A stretch of 64,000 nucleotides of DNA from an uncultured Candidatus Saccharibacteria bacterium (GCA_964450345.1 CAYVEL010000001.1:16671-80670), one strand, 5' to 3'. Positions 9,435-18,831 are shown, numbered from the stretch's first letter. The notes: a model not told the origin generated them from the letters alone. Numbers and translations are program-made.

Positions 9435-9766
9435 TTTTTAAGGTATTTTTCTCCGTACTTCCTCATAACATCCACCACCCCAGCGAGATGTTTACCTTTC
9501 TCTGTCATTTTATATTCTACTTTTGGTGGCATGCCTCCAAAATCGTTTCTGTTAATTAAACCTTCTTCTTCCATAACCTTCAGTTTATTAGAAAGAGTTC
9601 TAGAACTGATTCCATCTAACCCACTAAGCAAATCACCAAAACGCTTTGATCCACCAAGCAGATCTCTGACAATCAAAATAATCCAGGTATCACCAATAAG
9701 TGATGCTACCCTGGCAATTGGACATGGAGCACAGAGCTTTTTGTATGTCTTTTCGCTTCTTAACAT
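9431..9766 (-). CDS. HxlR/YodB-family winged-helix regulator
   Basis: CPIARVASLIGDTW, GISSRTLSNKLK, PPKVEYKMTEKG. Confidence 0.92.
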   Translation of the reverse strand: MLRSEKTYKKLCAPCPIARVASLIGDTWIILIVRDLLGGSKRFGDLLSGLDGISSRTLSNKLKVMEEEGLINRNDFGGMPPKVEYKMTEKGKHLAGVVDVMRKYGEKYLKN

Positions 9767-9795
9767 AATTGATTATAAGATAACATATATCTCAA

Positions 9796-9814
9796 TACTT
9801 TACAAAGTAAAGTA
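9796..9814. promoter_or_regulatory. Probable HxlR-type operator between regulator and nitroreductase
   Basis: Perfect inverted repeat TACTTTAC-AAA-GTAAAGTA overlapping a TTTACA...TATACT promoter-like pair. Confidence 0.6.
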
Positions 9815-9860
9815 AATAGAGGTATACTTACTCCATTGTTAATAATTAATTTTTATAAAT

Positions 9861-10493
9861 ATGCAAAAAATCATAGAATCTCTTAACTGGAGATACGCCA
9901 CAAAGAAATACGATTCATCAAAGAAGGTTTCTAAAGAAAATCTAGAAACCATTTTAGAATCTGCTCGCCTATCAGCTACGTCTTACGGATTACAACCTTT
10001 TAGAATGTTAGTAATCGAGGATCCTAAAGTAAGAGCAAAATTATCAGAACCAGCATATGGTCAGCCACAGATAACAGATGCCTCTAATCTAGTAGTGTTC
10101 GCAATCAGAAAGGATATCGATGCGAAGTATATAGAAAACTTTGTAAAAACAGTAGCTGAAACAAGAGGAATTCCAGTAGAATCTCTAGCTGGATATTCAG
10201 ATATGATGAAAGGATCATTACTTGGTCTTACACCAGAACAGAGAGACGCTTGGTCTGCTAAACAGGCATATATAGCTTTAGGCACTGCCCTATTAACCGC
10301 TGCTGACCTTAAAATAGACGCAACACCTATGGAAGGATTCGATCCAGCAAAAGTAGATGAGGTTTTAGGATTAAAAGAAAAAAATCTTGGCTCAGTGGTT
10401 ATCCTAGCTCTAGGATACAGATCTACAGAAGACGCTACAGCTAACTATAAAAAAGTTAGATTTAGCAAAGAAGAGATGATTCAGACAATCTAA
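9861..10493 (+). CDS. NAD(P)H nitroreductase (NfsB-like)
   Basis: WRYATKKYD, SATSYGLQP, DATPMEGFD, LALGYR. Confidence 0.93.
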   Translation: MQKIIESLNWRYATKKYDSSKKVSKENLETILESARLSATSYGLQPFRMLVIEDPKVRAKLSEPAYGQPQITDASNLVVFAIRKDIDAKYIENFVKTVAETRGIPVESLAGYSDMMKGSLLGLTPEQRDAWSAKQAYIALGTALLTAADLKIDATPMEGFDPAKVDEVLGLKEKNLGSVVILALGYRSTEDATANYKKVRFSKEEMIQTI

Positions 10494-10516
10494 ACAGTCA
10501 CAAAATAAAGACAGAT

Positions 10517-10550
10517 AAAAACACTGGGAACTTCGCTTCTCAGTGTTTTT
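10517..10550 (+). terminator. Intrinsic terminator after nitroreductase
   Basis: AAAACACTGGGAA...TTCTCAGTGTTTT. Confidence 0.65.
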
Positions 10551-10604
10551 AGATATCAACGTCCTAAACCTGACATACATTGATAGTGTGTTAAAATATT
10601 AGAT

Positions 10605-11093
10605 ATGAATCCACATATTGAATGGGAAACACTAGAACTACACCCTGGTCCAAAAAACAACGACTGGTTCTGGGCCCTTGGAATTATTGCTGGAACAATA
10701 GCAATTCTCGCTTTTGTTTTTAATAATATTATTTTCGGAATTTTCGTAATAATAGCCGCTTTTAGTTTGGGTTTAATGATTAACGCTAGACCAAAAGCTC
10801 AATATTTAGCAATCACAAAAGAAGGAATGGTGGTGGAAGATAGACTCTATGCCTATGACAATCTAAGTCACTTTTATATAGAAGATTTCAGAGATGTTGA
10901 AAATGCACACCCCCTACTCCGTTCAAAGATATTAATCAGAACAAAATCAATAATGTATCCGGTACTCTACATTCCAATCCACGAAGAAATAGAATTAGAA
11001 AAGATCAGAAGCCTACTAAGTAAACATATTCCAGAAAAAAAGATCAGCGAACCACTATTAGTTAAACTATTTAAGAGATACATACTGTCATAA
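10605..11093 (+). CDS. Conserved hypothetical membrane protein (2 TM plus soluble domain)
   Basis: IEW...KNNDWFW followed by two hydrophobic helices. Confidence 0.7.
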   Translation: MNPHIEWETLELHPGPKNNDWFWALGIIAGTIAILAFVFNNIIFGIFVIIAAFSLGLMINARPKAQYLAITKEGMVVEDRLYAYDNLSHFYIEDFRDVENAHPLLRSKILIRTKSIMYPVLYIPIHEEIELEKIRSLLSKHIPEKKISEPLLVKLFKRYILS

Positions 11094-11144
11094 ACTAAAA
11101 GCCCTTAACAAAAGGGCTTTTTTCTGTTATGGTTATGTGCATTC

Positions 11145-11216
11145 GCACCCATCGTTCAATGGATAGGACAAAAGTTTGCGGAACTTTAAATCTAGGTTCG
11201 ATTCCTAGTGGGTGCA
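11145..11216 (+). tRNA. tRNA-Arg(GCG), CCA not encoded
   Basis: GCACCCA...TGGGTGCA; anticodon stem AAAGT/ACTTT with loop TTGCGGA. Confidence 0.93.
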
Positions 11217-11222
11217 CCCGAT

Positions 11223-11258
11223 AAAACAAAAAACACGCGCAAGCGTGTTTTTTGTTTT
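11223..11258 (+). terminator. Intrinsic terminator after tRNA-Arg(GCG)
   Basis: AAAACAAAAAACACGC-GCAA-GCGTGTTTTTTGTTTT. Confidence 0.75.
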
Positions 11259-11271
11259 GTACATACTCAAT

Positions 11272-11383
11272 CTAGGAATCGAAAGCCGGACTGAAGTCTC
11301 GATGTGAACGTAGTGAACAAGAGACGAGGGAGGCGGGGTCGCAGGGCTTTTTGCGGAGCAAAAAGAACCTGTGACCGATTCTC
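11272..11383 (+). repeat. tRNA-associated structured element, copy 3 (after tRNA-Arg GCG)
   Basis: Starts CTAGGAATCGAA (reverse complement of tRNA 11197-11208); hairpins GTCTC/GAGAC and GGTCGCAGG/CCTGTGACC; ends CGATTCTC. Confidence 0.72.
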
Positions 11384-11439
11384 AAAAAAAACAAAACCCC
11401 AGTTAATTGGGGTTTTGTTTTTAAAATTTATTTAAAAGA

Positions 11440-11703
11440 TTACTTACTCTTCTTTATTAGAGCAGCTAATCTAGACTTCTTTCTTGAAGCATTTCCTGCC
11501 TTAATGAAATTTGTCTTAACAGCCTTGTCGAATGCTTTCTGAACTGTTGGGAAAAAAGCTTCAGCTTCTTTAACCTTCTTTTCAGATAGAAGTTTCTTTA
11601 GCTTCTTTTCTGCATTATCAATAGCCTTCTTTCTAGCAAGGTTAAACTCTTTCTTGCGTAAAGATGCTCTTAGGGCTTTCTTTGCTGATGATGTAATTGG
11701 CAT
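11440..11703 (-). CDS. rpsT: 30S ribosomal protein S20
   Basis: MPITSSAKKALR...NASRKKSRL. Confidence 0.96.
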   Translation of the reverse strand: MPITSSAKKALRASLRKKEFNLARKKAIDNAEKKLKKLLSEKKVKEAEAFFPTVQKAFDKAVKTNFIKAGNASRKKSRLAALIKKSK

Positions 11704-11841
11704 ATGTTTAAGTTATGACAGATTAACATGATATTTAGAAAAGCACAAGCCAAAAGCACAAAATAACCTAGTCCTATCATATTAGATTAACTAAAATGCC
11801 CGAATTATGTTCATTTATTCATAAAGTGCTAAAATAACCAT

Positions 11842-12414
11842 ATGATTTCATACATAGAAGGAAAAGTTATCCGACAAGACGAAAAGAGCCTAGTGGTATT
11901 ATCTGGTGGCATTGGTTATAAGGTATTCACCACAAATGACACAATTATGTCTAACCCCGAGGGTAAATCTGTTTCTTTCTGGACTCACTTTGTGGTTAGA
12001 GAAGATACTCAGGATTTATATGGATTCTCTACTCAGGCTGATTTAGATACTTTCTCTATACTTTTAAATGTCTCTGGTATTGGACCTCGTACCGCTCTTA
12101 ATATATTATCCCTCGCCTCTCGTGAACTTATTGAACAGGCTATTATCACAGGTGAATCTGGACCTCTAGTAAAAATTGCTGGTGTTAGTAAGAAAAATGC
12201 GGAAAAAATTGTAATAGAACTTAAGGGTAAAGTTATTGGTGATGCTAAAAATAGAGGTGGTAATTTCGACAGTGCGGACGGCGACGTTATCGAGGCACTT
12301 AAATCTCTCGGCTACTCTCCTAATCAGGCACGTGATGCGTTGAAAGAAATTCCGAAGACTATTAAAGGCGCGAACGCTCGTATAAAAGAAGCTCTGAAAT
12401 TCTTAGGAAAATAA
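11842..12414 (+). CDS. ruvA: Holliday junction branch migration protein RuvA
   Basis: MISYIEG, GGIGY, VRED..LYGF, VSGIGPRTAL, ALKSLGY. Confidence 0.96.
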   Translation: MISYIEGKVIRQDEKSLVVLSGGIGYKVFTTNDTIMSNPEGKSVSFWTHFVVREDTQDLYGFSTQADLDTFSILLNVSGIGPRTALNILSLASRELIEQAIITGESGPLVKIAGVSKKNAEKIVIELKGKVIGDAKNRGGNFDSADGDVIEALKSLGYSPNQARDALKEIPKTIKGANARIKEALKFLGK

Positions 12415-12493
12415 TCCCGATAAATTTTAATAAAAAAATAGGGCCCCGAGTTCTGCAACTCGTGGGCCTTATTTGCGAAACCGCTGACGCCGA

Positions 12494-12895
12494 CTAATCG
12501 ACGTCTAGAGAAAAACCCAGCCGGAAATAGGCGGTATTTGGATCCACGACCACTTTAATAAAGATGTGATTGTCCGGTTCGTCACCAGCACCAATAACCA
12601 AACCCTCTTCGACGAAAAAACCATCTCCCTTAACCACTTCTGAGCCTGTTAAAACATGTATCATTTTGTATCCGGCAAGAATTACATAACTTGTAGCGAG
12701 CGCCAGTGCCCAACCACGCTCCTTACTCCCCCTGAAACGACAAGACAACATAGTTTCTTCGTTTTGATGCACATCCTTGTTGTCTTTTAACCCCGAAGGA
12801 TTGATGATTTCTACTTTACCGGCTTTTTCACGGATCAAAAAATCAAAAAGTGTTAAATCCTTAGTTGATTTTGCAACTTGCTTTCTTTTCGACAT
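12494..12895 (-). CDS. Hypothetical protein (orphan-like)
   Basis: ORF; likely start MSKRKQ at 12895, directly after the upstream small ORF; followed by hairpin 12435-12473. Confidence 0.55.
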   Translation of the reverse strand: MSKRKQVAKSTKDLTLFDFLIREKAGKVEIINPSGLKDNKDVHQNEETMLSCRFRGSKERGWALALATSYVILAGYKMIHVLTGSEVVKGDGFFVEEGLVIGAGDEPDNHIFIKVVVDPNTAYFRLGFSLDVD

Positions 12896-12905
12896 AAATA
12901 GAATT

Positions 12906-13094
12906 TTACTTTGGAGCAGTAGGTGCCGAGATCTGACTAACCGTCTTGTTCTCGACGTTTTGATTACTGCCGGCACGAATAACCGTGCAAATAAGTAAAA
13001 CAAAAAAGCAGATGACGAATGTAACTACCAAGAAAATAACAACGGCTTTAGTGTTGTCTTCTTTTTTCTCTACAGGAATACTCATAATGTTCAA
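12906..13094 (-). CDS. Small single-TM hypothetical protein
   Basis: Hydrophobic stretch AVVIFLVVTFVICFFVLLICTVI; TTGACG...TATAGT promoter at 13216-13187 on the minus strand. Confidence 0.5.
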   Translation of the reverse strand: MNIMSIPVEKKEDNTKAVVIFLVVTFVICFFVLLICTVIRAGSNQNVENKTVSQISAPTAPK

Positions 13095-13267
13095 TTGAGT
13101 TTTTCTTTAGCTTTAAAAGTTCAATCGTCTCACCAGAGAAGATCTAGATTTTAGAGCCTCTGAAGTTTGATTTTGTTTCGTTTCAAACTATACAACGATA
13201 TACCGAGATACGTCAATAGATTAAAGCCTTATGATTTAAGCTAAAATTAATCTTATAAACACATAAA

Positions 13268-14554
13268 ATGAATAATTTAATAGAAAATACCCTGCGTTCT
13301 ACAGAAAAATTGATACCTAAAAAACTCTTCAATTTTTTTAACCCTACATATCACTATCTTATGGCTTTAACTGGGGCTATAATATACCGCTTCCCTTCTA
13401 AAAAGATCAGACTCATTGGTGTAACAGGAACAAAAGGTAAAAGTTCTACAGTAGAAATCCTGAGCGCAATACTAGAAGAAGCTGGTTATAAGACAGCTAT
13501 TACGAATACTATTCGTTTCAAGGTTGGAGACGAGAGCGAAGATAACATGTATAAAATGTCTATGCCTGGACGTTTTACCATGCAGAGATTCCTACGTAAG
13601 GCGGTGAATGCAAAATGTGATTTCGCTATAATCGAAATGACCAGCCAAGGTTCTATTACTTTCCGTCATAGGTTTATGGAAATGAGTGGTCTTATTTTTA
13701 CAAACATTTCTCCTGAACATATAGAGGCACACGGCTCATATGAGAATTATCGTGAAGCTAAATTAAATATTGCCAGACATATAAGCAGAACAAAGAAGAA
13801 AAGTACTACCCTCGTAGTGAACTCCGACGATAAAGAAGCTCCCCTATTTCTAGATGTTAAAGCTGATAAAAAAATAACATTTTCAATTAAAGACGCTTCT
13901 CCATATAATTTACTAAAGGAAGGTTCTGACTATAATTATTCAGGTCTTTTCATACATACTCAGTTATCTGGTCTGTTTAATCTATACAATATACTCGCTG
14001 CTTCTACTATGGCAGAATCACTAGGTGTTAAAGCAGATATTATTAAGAGAGCTGTAGAAAAGTTTAACGGTATCAGAGGAAGACTAGAGAAAGTTGATGC
14101 TGGTCAAGATTTCAATGTAATCGTGGACTATGCCCACACCGCTGATTCTCTAGAAAAAGTTTATCAGGTATACCAGAACACTAGAAAAATTTGTTTGCTT
14201 GGAAATACAGGTGGAGGAAGAGATAAATGGAAGAGAAAAGTTATGGCTCAAATAGCAGATAAGTATTGCGACGAGATAATTCTAGCCAATGAAGATCCAT
14301 ATGATGAGGATCCAATGAGTATTCTAAATGATATGAAAAATGCAGTACCAGATGGAGATGCTAAAATCATACTAGATAGAAGAGAGGCTATAAATAAGGC
14401 TATAAGCCTCGCCCACACCGGAGACACTGTTATTATCACAGGTAAAGGAACGGACCCATATATCATGGGACCAAATGGAACGAAGACTCCATGGAGCGAT
14501 GCGAGAGTAGCTAAGGAAGAGTTGGAAAAAGTTTTAAATAAGAAGAACAATTAA
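13268..14554 (+). CDS. murE: UDP-N-acetylmuramyl-tripeptide synthetase (MurE-like Mur ligase)
   Basis: GVTGTKGKSST, FTNISPEHIEAHG, VDYAHT, EDPYDEDP, ITGKG. Confidence 0.9.
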   Translation: MNNLIENTLRSTEKLIPKKLFNFFNPTYHYLMALTGAIIYRFPSKKIRLIGVTGTKGKSSTVEILSAILEEAGYKTAITNTIRFKVGDESEDNMYKMSMPGRFTMQRFLRKAVNAKCDFAIIEMTSQGSITFRHRFMEMSGLIFTNISPEHIEAHGSYENYREAKLNIARHISRTKKKSTTLVVNSDDKEAPLFLDVKADKKITFSIKDASPYNLLKEGSDYNYSGLFIHTQLSGLFNLYNILAASTMAESLGVKADIIKRAVEKFNGIRGRLEKVDAGQDFNVIVDYAHTADSLEKVYQVYQNTRKICLLGNTGGGRDKWKRKVMAQIADKYCDEIILANEDPYDEDPMSILNDMKNAVPDGDAKIILDRREAINKAISLAHTGDTVIITGKGTDPYIMGPNGTKTPWSDARVAKEELEKVLNKKNN

Positions 14555-14608
14555 TCAAAATAATAAAATCCCAGAATTTTCTGGGGTTTTATTATTTTGA
14601 TTTAAAGA

Positions 14609-15595
14609 TTAATTTGATTTTAAAGTTTTAGTTGAATTCAAACGGCTCTCGAAAAAATTTACCAGACCTGCATAAGTCGAGCTAGCCATATTAGTTATAT
14701 ACTCGTCTCTAGTTTTAGGGTTAAGCATTAATGGTTCATAAATGTACGCATACTCAATAAGCACACCAAGTGAGTCTAAAGTATTATATCTGCCAATCGC
14801 TATTAGATCCTGATCTTCTACTACCCCGTCTTTTTCCTGTAAGTGATTACTTGTACTAGCTATTTTAGAAAGCTCTATCATTAAATCCTTACCTAGAGCC
14901 ACGCTTGCTTCAGAGTTAGAATATTGCTTCTCTGGTACGTATATAACAAAACCTTTAAATTTAGGCTTACCTGCTATCTTAGGATTATCATTAAAATGCA
15001 CATGTAGAACTAAGTCGTAATTATTCTCACTCGCCCATTTATTTATTCCATAAAGCTTAGTTGCCGAAGCAGATGGTGCTACACCATGAGCAGGACCATC
15101 TGTAATTATTTTTACTTTACCAGTTTGAGATAAAGCAATCATTTGAGAATTCATTAACTTTCTCCAAACATTAATCTCATCCCATTTATTAGTAAAATAA
15201 TTCTGAATCTCTGGAGCCCACTCTTTATCATCACGAGCAAGCTTAACATCAAAATGTCTATCTAAATCAAGATAAGAAAAAAGTCTCTTGGCTAGAACAA
15301 CGTTTAGTTCTCTTTCCTTCAAACCAGAATATTCTGTACCTCCGAAATTAGGTTCATGTCCTGGAACTATCAATACTTTTATTTTAGGAATCTTCTTAGG
15401 GTCTATTGGGAAAATATTTCTATCTACTGTTTTGTACTTAGAGATTAAATCGCTCGTTTTTGGCTTAACAGCAAAGAAAACAGAAGCTAAGTTCCCCCAC
15501 CCTCCGTCATGTGGTATATTCCTATTTGTAAGGTAAATAGAAAGCAAAAGAGCTATTACAGCAATAACAGTCAGGATCCAGTGCTTTAATTTCAT
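14609..15595 (-). CDS. N-acetylmuramoyl-L-alanine amidase (Amidase_3)
   Basis: N-terminal TM; LIVPGH, E(RELN), LHVHFN, LIEYAYI zinc motifs. Confidence 0.85.
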   Translation of the reverse strand: MKLKHWILTVIAVIALLLSIYLTNRNIPHDGGWGNLASVFFAVKPKTSDLISKYKTVDRNIFPIDPKKIPKIKVLIVPGHEPNFGGTEYSGLKERELNVVLAKRLFSYLDLDRHFDVKLARDDKEWAPEIQNYFTNKWDEINVWRKLMNSQMIALSQTGKVKIITDGPAHGVAPSASATKLYGINKWASENNYDLVLHVHFNDNPKIAGKPKFKGFVIYVPEKQYSNSEASVALGKDLMIELSKIASTSNHLQEKDGVVEDQDLIAIGRYNTLDSLGVLIEYAYIYEPLMLNPKTRDEYITNMASSTYAGLVNFFESRLNSTKTLKSN

Positions 15596-15606
15596 TACTA
15601 TATTTT

Positions 15607-16554
15607 ATGCCAGAATTACCAGAAGTCCAAACTACAGTTAACGGTCTAAAGAGACTAATAGGAGAAAAAATCTCTGATATTTGGTCTGCTTATAATTCTA
15701 AATACTATAAAGGTAAGAAAACGGTTAAAGACCCAGCGTATTTTGAAATCTTTAAAAAATCTGTAATTGGTTCAAAAATTACGAATGTCGAGAGAAGAGC
15801 AAAATATATTTTAATAGAACTAGATAGTGACCAGACTATTGTTTGTCATATGAAAATGACTGGCCATTTTCTTTTAGGAAAATATATACGCTCCGATTCA
15901 GGCTGGACCGCTATCTCTCCAGCACCGCTCCGCGACCCCTTCAACCGCCATGTCAGGATGATGTTCACTTTTACTAAAAGTAAAAAGTTTCCGAATGATT
16001 CCGAAAATTTCGGAGCACAGCTCGCTTTCTGTGACACTAGAAAGTTCGGAAACTTCTTTTTAACTAAAGGCTCCATAGAAGATGCGAAAAATATCATAGA
16101 ATTTAAGAAAATCGGACCGGAACCACTCGATAAGAGTTTTACATTCGCTAAGTTCTCCGAAGCTTTGGAGGCTAAACCTAAGGGTAAAATAAAACCTACT
16201 CTTATGAATCAGGAGGTTATAGCTGGTATTGGAAATATCTATGCCGATGAAATACTATGGCGTGCCGGTGTACACCCAGAATCGACCACAGAGAAGATTA
16301 AGTCTGATAAATTAAAACTCATTTTCGAGGCAATGAAAGAAACCCTAGCCCATGGAATCTCTCTAGGCGGAGACTCTATGTCAGACTATAGAAACATCGA
16401 TGGAGAAAAAGGAGGATTTCAAGAGACTCATAAAGCCTATAGAAAAACCGGAGATAAATGCTCTAAGAAAAATTGTAGCGGTACAATAACCCGCAAAGTC
16501 ATAGCCACCAGAAGCTCTCACTTCTGTAATGTCCATCAAAAGTTATTTATCTAA
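15607..16554 (+). CDS. mutM: Formamidopyrimidine-DNA glycosylase
   Basis: MPELPEV, HMKMTG, DTRKFG, GIGNIYADEIL, C-terminal zinc finger. Confidence 0.96.
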   Translation: MPELPEVQTTVNGLKRLIGEKISDIWSAYNSKYYKGKKTVKDPAYFEIFKKSVIGSKITNVERRAKYILIELDSDQTIVCHMKMTGHFLLGKYIRSDSGWTAISPAPLRDPFNRHVRMMFTFTKSKKFPNDSENFGAQLAFCDTRKFGNFFLTKGSIEDAKNIIEFKKIGPEPLDKSFTFAKFSEALEAKPKGKIKPTLMNQEVIAGIGNIYADEILWRAGVHPESTTEKIKSDKLKLIFEAMKETLAHGISLGGDSMSDYRNIDGEKGGFQETHKAYRKTGDKCSKKNCSGTITRKVIATRSSHFCNVHQKLFI

Positions 16555-17051
16555 ACATTCAAAATTCTAAACAGAGCAATTCCGAAAGAGACTGAAACAT
16601 TTAGCGACTCCTTCTTCCCCTTCATTGGTATTTCAGCGATTATGTCTGAGAGTTTTAACATATCCTTATCTACCCCCTCTACTTCATTTCCGAAAATAAT
16701 CAGAACTGGACTATCTATTTTTTCTAAATCAATATCTTTATAATCTACAGAATTTTCAGCCTGTTCGATTGCTATAATCTTATATCCTTCCTTCTTTAAT
16801 TTCTTAATTAATTTAATATTATCCTCCGCCACGGTCCAAGAAACATTATTCTCCGCTCCGAGCGCCACTTTCGCCAAGTCACTTCTCTTTCTATTAAACC
16901 TATCTAAAGGAGATGGAGTATATCCAGAAAGGTAAATCTTAGAAATACCAAGAGCGTCAGATGTTCTAAACATTGATCCGACATTGTGCACACTTCTTAT
17001 ATTATGAAGTAGTATTTCTACCGCCTTCTCTGTTTTCTCTATATTTTTCAC
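16551..17051 (-). CDS. TrmH/SpoU family RNA methyltransferase
   Basis: NIRSVHNVGSMFRT, FGNEVEG, IPMKGKKESLNVSV. Confidence 0.92.
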   Translation of the reverse strand: MKNIEKTEKAVEILLHNIRSVHNVGSMFRTSDALGISKIYLSGYTPSPLDRFNRKRSDLAKVALGAENNVSWTVAEDNIKLIKKLKKEGYKIIAIEQAENSVDYKDIDLEKIDSPVLIIFGNEVEGVDKDMLKLSDIIAEIPMKGKKESLNVSVSFGIALFRILNV

Positions 17052-17126
17052 CCCGTCATAATAGCAGAAATTGAATTTTTAGCCATTTATGGTATGATTT
17101 TTCTCACCGTTCGTGAAAAGTGTTAT

Positions 17127-17202
17127 GCGCCCATAGCTCAGGCGGTAGAGCACCTGCCTTTTAAGCAGAGGGTCGCAGGTTCGAGTCCTGCTGGGCGCAC
17201 CA
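17127..17202 (+). tRNA. tRNA-Lys(TTT)
   Basis: GCGCCCA...TGGGCGCACCA; anticodon loop CTTTTAA. Confidence 0.96.
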
Positions 17203-17205
17203 AAC

Positions 17206-17270
17206 AAAACTAAAAAGGCTGTTTTCTAGAGACTTATAATCGTCTCAAGAAAACAGCCTTTTTAGTTTTT
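17206..17270. terminator. Long bidirectional hairpin between tRNA-Lys and holA
   Basis: AAAACTAAAAAGGCTGTTTTCT-A-GAGAC...GTCTC-A-AGAAAACAGCCTTTTTAGTTTT. Confidence 0.7.
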
Positions 17271-17282
17271 TGGAAAAATCGT

Positions 17283-17999
17283 TTAAATCTTTAGAATAAA
17301 ATTCTCAAGCGCCAGACTAAGCTCCACCCCCTCTTTTCTAGACTCATGATAATTCATTAGTAATTCAGTGAGTTTGTTTTTAATGTCTTTTGCTGGCCAT
17401 TTCTTTAAAGCGTTTTTTGATTTACTAAAGACGAATGGATTAAGTCCTGACTCTCCTGCTGTATTACAGCTTTCAGCTAGAGCCAGGGCTTTAAACTGCC
17501 AGAAGATAATTCCAGAAAGCTGTTCTGGTTCACTTCCCCTCTCAAGAGCTTCTCGATAAAGCATCCAAGCGCCAATATTATCTCTATTTAAAATTTTCTC
17601 AGTTAAACTAAAAACATTAAACTCATCCTTCTTAGCAGATTTCTCTTTGGATAATTCCTGGGTTTTTTCTGAATGCTTCTCAATTTTTGTTAAATCCTTC
17701 GCAGACAAATCTCCTTCTCTAACTATAAATATATTTTTTGATTCAGCGATTTTCTTAAGTTCTGAAGCACCAGATAGATCAGATTCTTTATGGAAAAGCA
17801 CCCCGTCCAGAAGCACGATAAACTTATTTTCAAAAAGACCCTGCCCTCCCACATATTCATCTATATTTAAACCAGCTAAATTCTCAGCATCAATACGCAC
17901 AAAAGCGCTATCAGGCTTCTTCAGTCTAAGTGTCTCAATAATTCCGTTAGTCTTCTCGACTATTTTCTCTCTGTCTGTTCCGTAAAATAAATAAATCAC
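17283..17999 (-). CDS. holA: DNA polymerase III subunit delta (shortened)
   Basis: IYLFYGTD, GLFENKFIV, FNVFSLTE, LNPFVFSK; GTG start at 17999 with TATAAT 6 nt upstream. Confidence 0.8.
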   Translation of the reverse strand: MIYLFYGTDREKIVEKTNGIIETLRLKKPDSAFVRIDAENLAGLNIDEYVGGQGLFENKFIVLLDGVLFHKESDLSGASELKKIAESKNIFIVREGDLSAKDLTKIEKHSEKTQELSKEKSAKKDEFNVFSLTEKILNRDNIGAWMLYREALERGSEPEQLSGIIFWQFKALALAESCNTAGESGLNPFVFSKSKNALKKWPAKDIKNKLTELLMNYHESRKEGVELSLALENFILKI

Positions 18000-18081
18000 C
18001 CTTTGATTATATACCCAAAACAAAACACCAGGAACTCTGGTGTTTTGTCATTTATATTGTGTTTTAAAAACTACCCCAACT

Positions 18082-18831
18082 CTATTTCTTAACCTTCCCT
18101 TGATTAGCCACCGCTTCCATAGCCTTCTTAACAGTCTCTTCGTCTCCTATGAAATACTTCTTAATAAAGTTTAAATTATCATCTAGTTCGTAAACCATTG
18201 GAATTCCTGTTGGCATATTAAATTCTAGAATATCAGCCTCTGACATATTTTCGATATATTTAACAAGTGAACGAAGACTGTTTCCGTGTGCTGCAACAAT
18301 AATATTTTTTCCGGCTTCAAGTTCAGGTACTATCTCCTCTTTCCAGTAAGGTAGTGTTCTGGCAAGAGTATCTTTTAATGATTCTGATAGTGGAATTTCT
18401 TCTTTCTTTAAATCTTGATATAGAGGATCTTTTCCAGGATACATCTCATCGCTCTCACTTAGCTTTGGTGGTGGTACATCATAACTTCTTCTCCAAATTT
18501 TTACTTGATCTTCACCATACTTAACAGCTGTTTCTGCTTTATTTAGACCCTGAAGTGCACCATAGTGTCTCTCATTAAGCTTCCAAGATTTTCTAACTTC
18601 AATATTTTTCTCTCCTAATTCTTCGAGAACAATATCAAGAGTATGATTAGCTCTTAAAAGAACTGAAGTAAAAGCTAAATCAAAAGAATAACCGGCATTC
18701 TTTAAAGCCTTTCCTGCTTCATGAGCCTCCTTAATTCCTTTTTCTGATAAGTCGACATTCACCCAGCCACAGAATCTATTTTCCTGATTCCAAGCGCTTT
18801 CACCGTGTCTAATAAAAACTATTTTTTTCAT
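18082..18831 (-). CDS. gpmA: 2,3-BPG-dependent phosphoglycerate mutase
   Basis: [29 protein letters not shown]. Confidence 0.97.
   Translation of the reverse strand: MKKIVFIRHGESAWNQENRFCGWVNVDLSEKGIKEAHEAGKALKNAGYSFDLAFTSVLLRANHTLDIVLEELGEKNIEVRKSWKLNERHYGALQGLNKAETAVKYGEDQVKIWRRSYDVPPPKLSESDEMYPGKDPLYQDLKKEEIPLSESLKDTLARTLPYWKEEIVPELEAGKNIIVAAHGNSLRSLVKYIENMSEADILEFNMPTGIPMVYELDDNLNFIKKYFIGDEETVKKAMEAVANQGKVKK

Noticed and set aside
17203-17280. Possible fourth tRNA-associated element after tRNA-Lys
   Set aside because: Only a long hairpin; no anti-T-arm copy or conserved core
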